From an uncultured SAR86 cluster bacterium (GTDB taxonomy: Bacteria; Pseudomonadota; Gammaproteobacteria; Magnimaribacterales; AG-339-G14), in assembly GCA_902596665.1 (NCBI GenBank), contig CACJUN010000001.1, forward strand, positions 323,680 to 387,679: DNA of 64,000 nucleotides. Reading direction: 5' to 3'. Shown piece after piece: positions 49,527-59,868 of this stretch (position 1 is its first letter; every line of letters starts with the position of its first letter). Made by a program: the position numbers and the translations under genes. A model generated the notes under the pieces. The model searched no databases. It had not been told where the DNA came from and saw only the letters and a list, made by a program, of their open reading frames with translations.

Positions 49527-50438
49527 TTATTTTAATTTAATTTCAGCTAGCCTTTGATTTAAATAATCGTCTGCTGTTATTGGATCAGGATAGTGATTAT
49601 GACTACCTAACAAGGATTCAAGAGGCTTTATCAAAAAATCAGATCTAGGATGAAGAAAAAATGGAATAGATATTCTTTGAGTATTCATCTGTTCTCCATT
49701 TGTCACTCTATGAGTAGCAGAGACAAGATATTTATTTGTATATCTTTGCAACATATCGCCTACATTAACTACTATTTCATCCCTGGAAAAATCTGCTTTG
49801 AGCCATTTATCTCCATTAAGCACTTCAAGTCCTGGTTGATGCCCACCAATTAGAAGTGTTATGAAGTTAATATCTTCATGGGGAGATGCTCTTAAAGAGT
49901 CTGTATTAAAGTTTTCAATTTTAGGGTAATTGATTATTCTCATAATGCTGTTACCTTTTTCAATGATCTCATTGAAAAAGTTACTTTCTAAACCCAAGCC
50001 TATACCTATAAGCTCCATAATATCTCGACCTAAAAGATCAAACTGATTATATAAATCCAAAGAAAGTTTTTTATGATTTTTTAATTCATCGATCCATATA
50101 TTTTTTGGATTAGTTAAATTATCTCTCCCAACATGCCAAAACTCCTTTAAATCTGGTCGATCGTAATTTTTGGCAGTTTCTGTTTTGAACTTAGTAAAAC
50201 CTCTTGCTCCTCCAATGTCTGGGACTATGAACGATTCTTTTACTTTGTCAGGAAAATTAAAAAACTCCTGATAAATGTCTAAACAATTCGCAATTAAATC
50301 TTTATCAATGGTGTGATTGAAGAAGACACAAAAACCATAATCATGAAATGCATTTATGGTATCTTTTGCGAGAGATGTTTTATCTTTATCAAATAAGTCA
50401 AAATCTAGACGGGGAATACTTTCTTTACCTGAAATCAT
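49527..50438 (-). CDS. 2-oxoglutarate/Fe(II)-dependent oxygenase (isopenicillin-N-synthase family)
   Basis: 303 aa with the H-x-D..H facial triad context (PHEDINFITLL ... SATHRV) and NVGDML. Confidence 0.8.
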   Translation of the reverse strand: MISGKESIPRLDFDLFDKDKTSLAKDTINAFHDYGFCVFFNHTIDKDLIANCLDIYQEFFNFPDKVKESFIVPDIGGARGFTKFKTETAKNYDRPDLKEFWHVGRDNLTNPKNIWIDELKNHKKLSLDLYNQFDLLGRDIMELIGIGLGLESNFFNEIIEKGNSIMRIINYPKIENFNTDSLRASPHEDINFITLLIGGHQPGLEVLNGDKWLKADFSRDEIVVNVGDMLQRYTNKYLVSATHRVTNGEQMNTQRISIPFFLHPRSDFLIKPLESLLGSHNHYPDPITADDYLNQRLAEIKLK

Positions 50439-50439
50439 A

Positions 50440-51432
50440 ATGTCCGGAGATTATAGCAACAAAAATGTTTCAATCTTGAATGTTGGTAATGTTTTAGTAG
50501 ATATTGAAATAACTATATCTGACGATGAATTATCTAAATTGCCTATAAAAAAAAGTGGAGCAATAGAAATTGATGCAATTCAATTAAGTGAATACTTAGA
50601 TGTATATCGAGATCAAATAACAAACAGATATCTTGGCGGATCAATATTTACAACTGCTGCTACATCATCGGTTTTTAAGGTTGATAACACTTTTCTTGGT
50701 TCTGTTGGAAAAGATCGTGATTCAAAATTCTTAATAGACACCATGAATTCATATCCTATTAAAACTTATCTTAATGTAGATCTTCAGCAAACAGGTTGTT
50801 GTTTAATTTTTTTAACTCCTGATAAAGAGAGAACAATGGCAGCATGTCCTGGCGCAAGCAGTCAATTAACTCTTGCTAATTTTAGTGATTTGGAAACTAT
50901 AGATTATATATTTACTGACTTATATTCGCTTAATTCTGATATCAATAAAAAAACAATTAGTCACTTATTATCATCTAATAAAAATTTAATTCTCAGTCTT
51001 TCGGATATTAGCGTCATGAAAAAACATATGGATTTTATAAAAAAATACTCTGATCAAACCTTTTTAATAGCTGGCAATGAAAATGAAATGAAATTTCTTC
51101 AACAGTCTATGAAATCATCCTTCATTGAGAGCTCTGATAAATCAAATAAAGTATATTTAATAACCAAGGGTAATCTTGGCTCTGAAGTTATTCACAATGG
51201 TAAGTCATTTTTCTCTAATTCCATTGAAACTAAAATAGCTTCTTTAAACGGCGCAGGCGATACATTTCTTGGTGCTTTTTTAGGAAATTATCTTCAAAGT
51301 AAAGACATTCAGCAATCTGCAGATATAGCTAATTATTTCTCTCATTGTTCAATTCAAAGATTTGAAGCCTGTTTAGATTTTCCAAGCCTACTAAAAGCGA
51401 AAAACGCCGCAAAAGCGGCGTTTTCGTTTTAG
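50440..51432 (+). CDS. PfkB-family sugar/nucleoside kinase
   Basis: It has an N-terminal GNVLVDI and the C-terminal anion-hole motif NGAGDTFLGAF. The start is taken at the MSGDYSNK ATG (50440). The track start (50356) lies inside the divergent gene. Confidence 0.75.
   Translation: MSGDYSNKNVSILNVGNVLVDIEITISDDELSKLPIKKSGAIEIDAIQLSEYLDVYRDQITNRYLGGSIFTTAATSSVFKVDNTFLGSVGKDRDSKFLIDTMNSYPIKTYLNVDLQQTGCCLIFLTPDKERTMAACPGASSQLTLANFSDLETIDYIFTDLYSLNSDINKKTISHLLSSNKNLILSLSDISVMKKHMDFIKKYSDQTFLIAGNENEMKFLQQSMKSSFIESSDKSNKVYLITKGNLGSEVIHNGKSFFSNSIETKIASLNGAGDTFLGAFLGNYLQSKDIQQSADIANYFSHCSIQRFEACLDFPSLLKAKNAAKAAFSF
51401..51430. terminator. bidirectional intrinsic terminator embedded in the last codons of the PfkB gene
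   Basis: AAAACGCCGC-AAAA-GCGGCGUUUU (51401-51424) with U-rich flanks on both strands. It lies between the convergent PfkB and TonB-receptor genes. Confidence 0.6.
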
Positions 51433-51440
51433 ATTAAGTA

Positions 51441-54400
51441 TTAGAATCTGTAATAGAATCCAAATTTAACTTCATAAGTACTAGCATAAGGGCTTATGCT
51501 TGAACCTCTAGGAGAATATAGTCTGTCGTAGACATATCTTCCTTCATCATCAATCTCACTTAATCTAGCTACTTTTTGCATGCTAGGAAATCCAGGTTCT
51601 CTAAAAATTCCATATTTAGAATCTATTAAGTTACCTAGGTTTTTAATAACCATATAAATTTCTGCTTCATGATCTGGAACAAATCCAGGAAATTCTTGAG
51701 CAAGTTTCAGGTTAATGGATGTATTCCAAGCACCGTCGATTGAGTTTCTAGGACAATATTGGCCCCTTGGACATCCAGCCGCATCAGTTATAGCAAAGAA
51801 AGCTGCAGGACTTATGCCATCAAATACAACGTTAGGATCAGCTGCATTTGTTGGTACATAAAGTAAAGACTGATCAGTAAAAGCAGGTGTTTGCCCGTGT
51901 TCTTCACCATCGTAAGTATATGAGTAAGATCTACTTTGGAATCTATTGATGAATAAAGAAGCTTTAAATCTATATCCACCTTCAATAGTAACGGGCTGAT
52001 ATCTTAAAGATGCGGTAATTCTCTCAGGAATAACATGATTTGATTGAGCAACAGTAGGATTATTTCTATCTATAGTAGCTACTCCTGTAAAATTAGAGTA
52101 GGCAACTGATGAAGTCATTGGTGTTACATCTTGAAGCGAAGTGTTTGCATAACCAATTGAAAATCTAACGTCACTTTCTCGCCAAAGCTTACTCAATGAT
52201 AATGAATAGGTTAAACCAACAGGACTTTGACTAGAATTTGTAAGTTGAAAATCAAACGGTCCAAAACAAGTAAATGAATCTCTAGCGTTACCTCCTGCAC
52301 AGTTATAGTAAGGTCTTCCAGTGAAATCTGTTTCACCAGTTGGAGAGACGTTAATATCATTAATTATTGCTGGATTTTCAACTTCAGTTGCGATTACGTC
52401 CATGTTGAATAAAAGATCTTCAACTCCAAAACTAGAATTTAAACCTAAAGCAAACTTGTGGACGATTGGTACTTCAAAACTAGAACTAGTTGTGTTGGTA
52501 TCTGTATCTGCAGATCCGCTTTGAACTTTAGCAACTAAAGAACATGGTACGGCATAACCTGGACCTGCATCGGAAGGTGCACCCGTATCACTGTTACACA
52601 TTGGCTCAGTAAAGATTTTCATATTTCTCTGATTAACTTGAATTGCTGTCACACCATCATTAGAGAACATATTGGAGTACCAAACATTAGGATTACCTCC
52701 AGAGAAGCCTCCGTAACCACCGTAAACATTAGTGAATTCAGTTACTTGAGTGTTGAATCCAATACGAAGCATTAAAGCATTAGCACCGTCATGAGTAATT
52801 GTGTTTGAATAACCGTAAGCAGCTTTAAAAACTGCATTTTCTGCGGGTTTTCCATCCACCATGTAAGTGTCGTATCTAAGTCCGATGATAAATTCTGTAT
52901 TATCAAGTTGAATTTCATCTTGGAAGAAAATGGTAGCTAGACCATAACCCCAATCTGCTGCAGCAGCATTTTCATTTAATGAGGGAGTGTTTCCAAAATA
53001 AACTCTTGCTAACCCTGCATCAAAATCATCAATACCGCCATAGAAATCCCATTCACCATTTAGAGAATGTTGCATGAATAAATTAAAAATATTTGTATCT
53101 TCAAATTCAATTCCATAAGTTAAAAGATGATTGTCAACTAAGTGATCAAGAGAGAATTGAAGAATAGTTGTAGCATAATCCATTTTATTAGCTTGTCTGG
53201 AGTCATCCGTACCACCTAAATAGACAGTTCCTTCGGAATTATTTGCTGGATTCACAACATCAATTTGGAAGTCTCCAAAAGGTCCGCCCAATCCAATTTG
53301 CCTATTATCAACGTCTCTGTACCCTACTCTTAATTCACTACTTAAATTGTTAGATATTTGAGAGTAAAGCTCCAAGTTAAGAGCAAGCATTTCGTGGCCT
53401 CTTTCATAAAAGTGCTTGCTGAATTCAAATTCACTTGGTGAAGAGTCCGAGGCTTGGTTGTTAAAACCATCGTTGTAATTAAATGTAATTGATAAAGAAT
53501 TATTTTCGTCAGCTTCTACATCAAACTTTGCAAGAAATTTATTATCGTAACTGTCTAATGCTCCACCAATTGACCCTGGATCAAAGCCATATTTGTTTTT
53601 GGCAATATCTACAATCCTTGTAAAATCTGCTGCACTTAAGAAATCTAACTCAGAAGGAGCGCCAGAACCTTGAGGTCCAAAAGGATCAACATCAACATCA
53701 TCGTATCTTTCTACGGATATAAAGAAAAAGGCTTTGTCTTGGACAATTGGACCACCAAGAGTGAATCCGTATTTATTTTCTTCATAAGGCACCGTGTTTC
53801 CTTTTTCACCATCAATTTCGGTTCCAACTAAATCGTCACCAGCGTACTCATAGTATGCGCTTCCGCTTATCTCATTAGTTCCAGATTTAGTAACCGCATT
53901 AATTACACAGGCTGAAAAACCACCGTATTTGACATCAAATGGAGCAAATTCAGCAGATACCTGTTTTATTGAATCAAAAGAAAAGGGTAATCGATTTGTA
54001 GGATAACCATTGCTGTTTAATCCAAAACCATCATTCATTGGTATCCCATCAATTGAAAAAGTATTGTATCGAGGATTTTGCCCATTACATTGCAGACCTC
54101 TGTATGCTGAAGATGAAGTAATATCAACGTAAAGTCTTGGATCTTCTGCAAGAACTTCCTTAATATCTTTATCATAAGCTACAGCAGCATCAAGGTCCTC
54201 AGCGTTAAATACTTTATTTGGACCTAAGGCCACTTGTGCTTGCGCTAACTGTTCTCCTGTTACTACAAGAGACTCGAAGTCAGACAGTACAACATTTAGA
54301 GATAAAGTCTGGCCCAAATTTAAGAAAACATCTTGATAAATCTGTGAGCCTACACTTGAGGTTACAGTCACAGTATAAGGACCTCCAACTGCAAGGTTTG

Positions 54401-54605
54401 TTAACACAAAAACACCTGCTTCATTACTAGAGGTGGTGCTCGACTTATTTGTGGAATTATTAACAATAGTTATTTCAGCATCTTCTAAAGCATTACCAGA
54501 TAGATCGGTTACAACACCCTTAAAGTTTGATGTTGTTTCTACGGCAAATAGAAAACTACTTAAAAAAGCTATCAGAAATAATTTAATTAAATTTTTGGGG
54601 ATCAT
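51441..54605 (-). CDS. TonB-dependent outer-membrane receptor, Oar-like, with N-terminal carboxypeptidase-regulatory-like domain
   Basis: 1054 aa with a signal peptide. FKGVVTDLSGNALEDAEITIVN..AGVFVLTNL indicates a CarboxypepD_reg-type domain. The barrel is long and ends in an aromatic residue (..YYRF). A strong AAGGAG SD is present. Confidence 0.85.
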   Translation of the reverse strand: MIPKNLIKLFLIAFLSSFLFAVETTSNFKGVVTDLSGNALEDAEITIVNNSTNKSSTTSSNEAGVFVLTNLAVGGPYTVTVTSSVGSQIYQDVFLNLGQTLSLNVVLSDFESLVVTGEQLAQAQVALGPNKVFNAEDLDAAVAYDKDIKEVLAEDPRLYVDITSSSAYRGLQCNGQNPRYNTFSIDGIPMNDGFGLNSNGYPTNRLPFSFDSIKQVSAEFAPFDVKYGGFSACVINAVTKSGTNEISGSAYYEYAGDDLVGTEIDGEKGNTVPYEENKYGFTLGGPIVQDKAFFFISVERYDDVDVDPFGPQGSGAPSELDFLSAADFTRIVDIAKNKYGFDPGSIGGALDSYDNKFLAKFDVEADENNSLSITFNYNDGFNNQASDSSPSEFEFSKHFYERGHEMLALNLELYSQISNNLSSELRVGYRDVDNRQIGLGGPFGDFQIDVVNPANNSEGTVYLGGTDDSRQANKMDYATTILQFSLDHLVDNHLLTYGIEFEDTNIFNLFMQHSLNGEWDFYGGIDDFDAGLARVYFGNTPSLNENAAAADWGYGLATIFFQDEIQLDNTEFIIGLRYDTYMVDGKPAENAVFKAAYGYSNTITHDGANALMLRIGFNTQVTEFTNVYGGYGGFSGGNPNVWYSNMFSNDGVTAIQVNQRNMKIFTEPMCNSDTGAPSDAGPGYAVPCSLVAKVQSGSADTDTNTTSSSFEVPIVHKFALGLNSSFGVEDLLFNMDVIATEVENPAIINDINVSPTGETDFTGRPYYNCAGGNARDSFTCFGPFDFQLTNSSQSPVGLTYSLSLSKLWRESDVRFSIGYANTSLQDVTPMTSSVAYSNFTGVATIDRNNPTVAQSNHVIPERITASLRYQPVTIEGGYRFKASLFINRFQSRSYSYTYDGEEHGQTPAFTDQSLLYVPTNAADPNVVFDGISPAAFFAITDAAGCPRGQYCPRNSIDGAWNTSINLKLAQEFPGFVPDHEAEIYMVIKNLGNLIDSKYGIFREPGFPSMQKVARLSEIDDEGRYVYDRLYSPRGSSISPYASTYEVKFGFYYRF

Positions 54606-54702
54606 GTTTATTCGCTCCTTTAAATAATGATGAATTTTAATTAAAAATTTATATATCTATGTTACAACTTAGAAAATTTATTAGGTTAATTTTTTAATTA
54701 TA

Positions 54703-55929
54703 TTAAATATATTTTTTTAGAACTTCAGGATATATGAAATTTCCGTCTTCTGTTTGATAATTTTCAAGTATGGCCGCAAGAGTTCTTCCTATTGCTAATC
54801 CAGAGCCATTTAATGTATGACAAAACTCATTACCTTTGTCAGCTTTATATTTCAAATTAGCTCTTCTCGATTGAAAATCAGTAAAATTTGAACAAGATGA
54901 TATTTCTCTATAGGTATTCTGACTTGGAAACCAAACTTCCAGATCAACTGTTTTTGCAGAAGAAAATCCAGTATCACCTGATGATAGGATGACTTTTCTA
55001 TAAGGTAACTCAAGTAACTCAAGAATTTTACTTGCATCCTCTATTAATTTTTTATGCTCATCTTCGGATTTATCTGGATGACAGATCTTAACGAGTTCAA
55101 CTTTATCGAATTGGTGTTGTCTTATTAAGCCTTTCGTATCTTTGCCGTAGCTGCCAGCCTCACTTCTAAAACAAGGTGAATGGCAGACGTATTTGATGGG
55201 TAATTGCTCTAATCTAAGTTTTTCATCCCTGTGAAGATTAGTAACAGGAACCTCCGCTGTCGGAGCTAAATAAAGATCAGGAGTTTCAGTCAGTTTGAAC
55301 AAGTCTTCCTCAAATTTAGGAAGTTGTCCTGTACCAATTAAAGAAGACTTATTTACAATATAAGGAACATACAGTTCCTCATAACCATGAATATTTGCAT
55401 GGGTATCAATCATAAACTGTCCAATTACTCTGTGTAATTTTGCTAGTTCTCCACTTAGAACAGTAAATCGACTTTTGGCAATTTTTACTCCCCTACCCTG
55501 ATCAGTTTTTTCAACAAAAACAGAATGGGACTTAGGCTCAAAAGAAAATTCCGGAATATTACCAATTTCCTCAATGATATGATTTGACGATTCATCTTCT
55601 CCAAGAGGAACGGAATCATCCAAAAGGTTAGGGATGTCCAGAAGAAACTCGTCAATATTAAGTTGAATAGATTGAAGTATTTCCTTATCTTGTTTAACAA
55701 GTGCGGATAAAGATGAAGCTTTATCTTTTAAATCATCATTATCCTTAGACGAAGAAATTTCTTTTGATAATTTATTTAAACTTTCCTGGTTAGTTTGCAG
55801 ATTAACCTGAGCTATTTTTCTTTCCTCCTCAAGCTTATTCCATTTATCAATATTGAGAACGTAACCTCTTGAGGATAGATTTTTTTTTACTAATTCCGGT
55901 GATTGGATTAAAAGTTTTTTATCTAGCAT
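54703..55929 (-). CDS. serS: serine--tRNA ligase
   Basis: 408 aa with an N-terminal coiled-coil arm and class II motifs (FRSEAGS, GSGLAIGRTLAAILEN). Confidence 0.9.
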   Translation of the reverse strand: MLDKKLLIQSPELVKKNLSSRGYVLNIDKWNKLEEERKIAQVNLQTNQESLNKLSKEISSSKDNDDLKDKASSLSALVKQDKEILQSIQLNIDEFLLDIPNLLDDSVPLGEDESSNHIIEEIGNIPEFSFEPKSHSVFVEKTDQGRGVKIAKSRFTVLSGELAKLHRVIGQFMIDTHANIHGYEELYVPYIVNKSSLIGTGQLPKFEEDLFKLTETPDLYLAPTAEVPVTNLHRDEKLRLEQLPIKYVCHSPCFRSEAGSYGKDTKGLIRQHQFDKVELVKICHPDKSEDEHKKLIEDASKILELLELPYRKVILSSGDTGFSSAKTVDLEVWFPSQNTYREISSCSNFTDFQSRRANLKYKADKGNEFCHTLNGSGLAIGRTLAAILENYQTEDGNFIYPEVLKKYI

Positions 55930-55931
55930 GC

Positions 55932-56549
55932 TTAATTAAGAAATATTTTTTCTGTCTTGTCTGAAACTTCTGGTTCAAATGATACCTTTTTATCTAATTG
56001 TTCGTATTTAAATAAATTGATAGTAGATATTCTTTCAAAAAGATCTTCATAAATTATTTTTATTATTTTTTTATTTTCAAAATCAATCTTTATATTTTTA
56101 AGGTAAAAATTGTCTAACGGATCAGAATATAGACAAGATCCATCAGAGCAATTTGCTTTAGAAAAAAAATCACAAATTAAATTTGGCTTGTTAAACAATA
56201 AAAATGCTGGCGATTGATTTGTTAATTCACCTGACTCTTCTATTATTAATTGATCCATTTCAAGATCATGCCTAAAAATCATATTCTTATTGATTATTAA
56301 TTCCTCTTTAGGTGCTGAAGATGAGACCTTTATCTTCTCATAATCTCTGTAAATATTGCCTGCAATAAGATCAGATGAATCATTAAAATTCTGTTCATAC
56401 GTTACTTGGAAAGTTATATTTTCATTCAAAAATAATTGCACTTTTGAAATATCGCAAGCTACCAAACTAAAAGAATTTAAAATTAAAAATGAAAATATAG
56501 ATGATTTAATCAAGTTCAACTTTTTGAGATAAAACTTCTCTGTTCCCAT
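55932..56549 (-). CDS. lolA: LolA-like outer-membrane lipoprotein carrier homologue (with lipobox LVAC-D)
   Basis: 205 aa located between ftsK and serS, as lolA is in E. coli. The pattern F.V.Y.Q...G......P..L is loosely LolA-like. The start is uncertain: the ATG at 56549 overlaps ftsK by 44 nt, and in-frame TTG codons lie at 56519 and 56513. Confidence 0.55.
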   Translation of the reverse strand: MGTEKFYLKKLNLIKSSIFSFLILNSFSLVACDISKVQLFLNENITFQVTYEQNFNDSSDLIAGNIYRDYEKIKVSSSAPKEELIINKNMIFRHDLEMDQLIIEESGELTNQSPAFLLFNKPNLICDFFSKANCSDGSCLYSDPLDNFYLKNIKIDFENKKIIKIIYEDLFERISTINLFKYEQLDKKVSFEPEVSDKTEKIFLN

Positions 56550-58869
56550 TGGAGTTCATTTCACTTACGATTCCTGCACTTTCCATCGTTTCTATTAATC
56601 TTGCTGCTCTGTTGTAACCTATTCTAAATTTTCTTTGGACAGCTGATATAGATGCTCTTCTAGAATCTATAACAAATGCAACTGCCTGATCATAAAACTC
56701 ATCTTTCTCTTCATCGGATTCGCCATTTGGTCCTTCTGAAGATTCTGGAGATTTTGTGACTTCTTCTAAATAATTTACAGATTGTCTGTTTTTCCAATCC
56801 TCGACTACTCTAATAATTTCTTCCTCGCCTACATACGCACCATGAACTCTCAAAGGAATCGATGTGCCTGAACCTATATAGAGCATATCCCCTTTTCCAA
56901 GAAGTTGTTCTGCGCCAACTTGATCTAATACAACTCTTGAATCCATTGAAGAGGCAACATTAAAAGCCATCCTTGCAGAGATATTTGCTTTAATTAAACC
57001 GGTAATTACATCAACAGAAGGTCTTTGTGTTGCTAGAAGCATATGAATACCTGCTGCTCTAGCTTTTTGAGCAAGGCGTGCGATTAGATGTTCTACTTTT
57101 TTTCCAACCACCATCATTAGGTCAGCTAATTCATCAACTGCAATTACTATTAAAGGAAGTTCTTCTAATTCAGGAGGATTATCATCTTCTTTTTCTGGGT
57201 TTCTTTTCCATAGAGGATCCGTTAAAGGCTCACCATCCTCTCTGGCTTTTCTTATTTTTGAGTTTAGACCATTTAGATTTCTTACAGAAAGTGATGCCAT
57301 AAGTCGGTATCTTTTTTCCATTTCATTTACACACCATCTGAGACCATTAGCTGCCTCAGACATATCGGTGATAACTGGACATAGTAAATGAGGCAAATCC
57401 TCGTAAACAGATAATTCAAGCATTTTAGGATCAATGAGAACGAATTTAACTTGATCGGGAGTTGCTTTATAAAGGATGCTCATCAACATGGAATTTAAAG
57501 CAACTGACTTTCCTGAACCTGTTGTTCCCGCAACTAACATATGTGGAAGTCCAGCAAGATCTTCAACCACTGGAACACCCTCAATGTTTTTACCAAAAGC
57601 CAAAGATACAGAGCTTTTTGCATCTTCGAATAATTTTGAGGCAATTATCTCGCTCAGCAATACGTTTTCTCTTTCTGAGTTAGGAACCTCAATACCAATT
57701 GTTTCCCGACCTTCTATTACCTCTACAATTCTTATGCTTCCAACGCCAAGAGATCTGGCTAAATCCTTATTCAAATTAGAAACTTGTGAAACCTTAATAC
57801 CTTTTGGCAGTTCAACTTCAAATCTTGTTACAACCGGTCCGCGCATAGTCTCTTTGACAACTGCATATTCACCTTCAGGGCCAGTAATTTTGAATTCAGC
57901 CAACTTAGTAATTAACGCCTCTTTTAAGATTTCAAGTTCATACTTCTCCTTTGATGATATTTCTTTTCCAGTAGTCTCTTTTTCATCAAGTAATCCAATT
58001 TTAGGCATATCGCCTGGAGCAGGATCCTTAAATAATTCCTGCTGTTTTTCTTTGTGAACTTTTTTCCCTTCTTCAACTTTTTTCTCTGCAGGAACAATTT
58101 TAGGTTCTGGCATATCATTGATCTTAGCTTTGTGCGCATCCAAAAATTTTTGTCTGCTATTTTTTTCTTTTCTTTTATCTAAAAAAGTTTGAACGTTTTC
58201 TCTAAAAGACTGTGAAGATTTTTTGATATAAAAAGAAGAGTTAACAATAAAGTCTAAAAGTTTTGATATAAAATTTTTCCAATTTATCTTAAAAAATGCC
58301 GTGATCCCCAATAGAAATAAAAATACTACGAAGATAGTGGCGCCAACTTTATTTAAATACAAAATTAATGGAGAAGAAGTAATTTTTCCTAAAATTCCTT
58401 CGGAGCCTTGAGGAAAATAATTTTCTCCAAAGTTGAAATGAATTGCTACAAGAGCACTCGAAGAAATAGCTATTAGCACTAATCCAAATGGCATGGCAAT
58501 AAAGAATCTTACCCAAGAAGATTGAGTTACTATCTCTTTGGTCTCTTTGTTAAACAAATAAGCAAAAGCAACTAAATAAAATAAAGAAGGAACTATCCAA
58601 GCTACAACACCAAAAAAAGAATAAAGAAGATCACTAATCCATGCTCCAATCAATCCAATTGCATTTTGATATGAAGTTTCACCTACAATGTTTTGTGTTG
58701 TCCAAGCTGCATCTTCTCTAGTAAACGAAGCCAGTGAGATTGTGCTTATAATAGCTACTAAAAGCAAAAAAAGTATAAAAGCATCAACTAAGTAAGTTTT
58801 TATTGATGGGCTTAAAGATATAGAATTGAATCCGTTAAAAGATCTTTTATTTGATTTGCGTTTGTTCAC
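56506..58869 (-). CDS. ftsK: DNA translocase FtsK
   Basis: 787 aa with N-terminal TM helices, a linker, a motor domain (GTTGSGKS Walker A) and a C-terminal gamma winged helix (ISAVQRKFRIGYNRAARLIE). Confidence 0.9.
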   Translation of the reverse strand: MNKRKSNKRSFNGFNSISLSPSIKTYLVDAFILFLLLVAIISTISLASFTREDAAWTTQNIVGETSYQNAIGLIGAWISDLLYSFFGVVAWIVPSLFYLVAFAYLFNKETKEIVTQSSWVRFFIAMPFGLVLIAISSSALVAIHFNFGENYFPQGSEGILGKITSSPLILYLNKVGATIFVVFLFLLGITAFFKINWKNFISKLLDFIVNSSFYIKKSSQSFRENVQTFLDKRKEKNSRQKFLDAHKAKINDMPEPKIVPAEKKVEEGKKVHKEKQQELFKDPAPGDMPKIGLLDEKETTGKEISSKEKYELEILKEALITKLAEFKITGPEGEYAVVKETMRGPVVTRFEVELPKGIKVSQVSNLNKDLARSLGVGSIRIVEVIEGRETIGIEVPNSERENVLLSEIIASKLFEDAKSSVSLAFGKNIEGVPVVEDLAGLPHMLVAGTTGSGKSVALNSMLMSILYKATPDQVKFVLIDPKMLELSVYEDLPHLLCPVITDMSEAANGLRWCVNEMEKRYRLMASLSVRNLNGLNSKIRKAREDGEPLTDPLWKRNPEKEDDNPPELEELPLIVIAVDELADLMMVVGKKVEHLIARLAQKARAAGIHMLLATQRPSVDVITGLIKANISARMAFNVASSMDSRVVLDQVGAEQLLGKGDMLYIGSGTSIPLRVHGAYVGEEEIIRVVEDWKNRQSVNYLEEVTKSPESSEGPNGESDEEKDEFYDQAVAFVIDSRRASISAVQRKFRIGYNRAARLIETMESAGIVSEMNSNGNREVLSQKVELD

Positions 58870-58903
58870 TAGTTTTTAGGTATTTTAACATTTTTAAAGA
58901 TAG

Positions 58904-59845
<942 letters not shown>

Positions 59846-59868
59846 TTCTTCCTCATAGTCTTCACTAT

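Noticed and set aside
54623-54641. A Fur-box-like sequence (AATAATGATGAATTTTAAT) upstream of the TonB-dependent receptor.
   Set aside because: Only 12 of 19 positions match GATAATGATAATCATTATC, with a weak 3' half. In DNA this AT-rich the match is not distinguishable from chance. It also sits between the likely promoter and the SD.
57476-58057. A 193-aa plus-strand ORF, plus other antisense ORFs inside ftsK (57078-57302, 57462-57683, 57924-58139).
   Set aside because: They lie entirely within the well-supported ftsK coding region. They are Ser/Pro/Leu-rich antisense translations with no recognisable motif.
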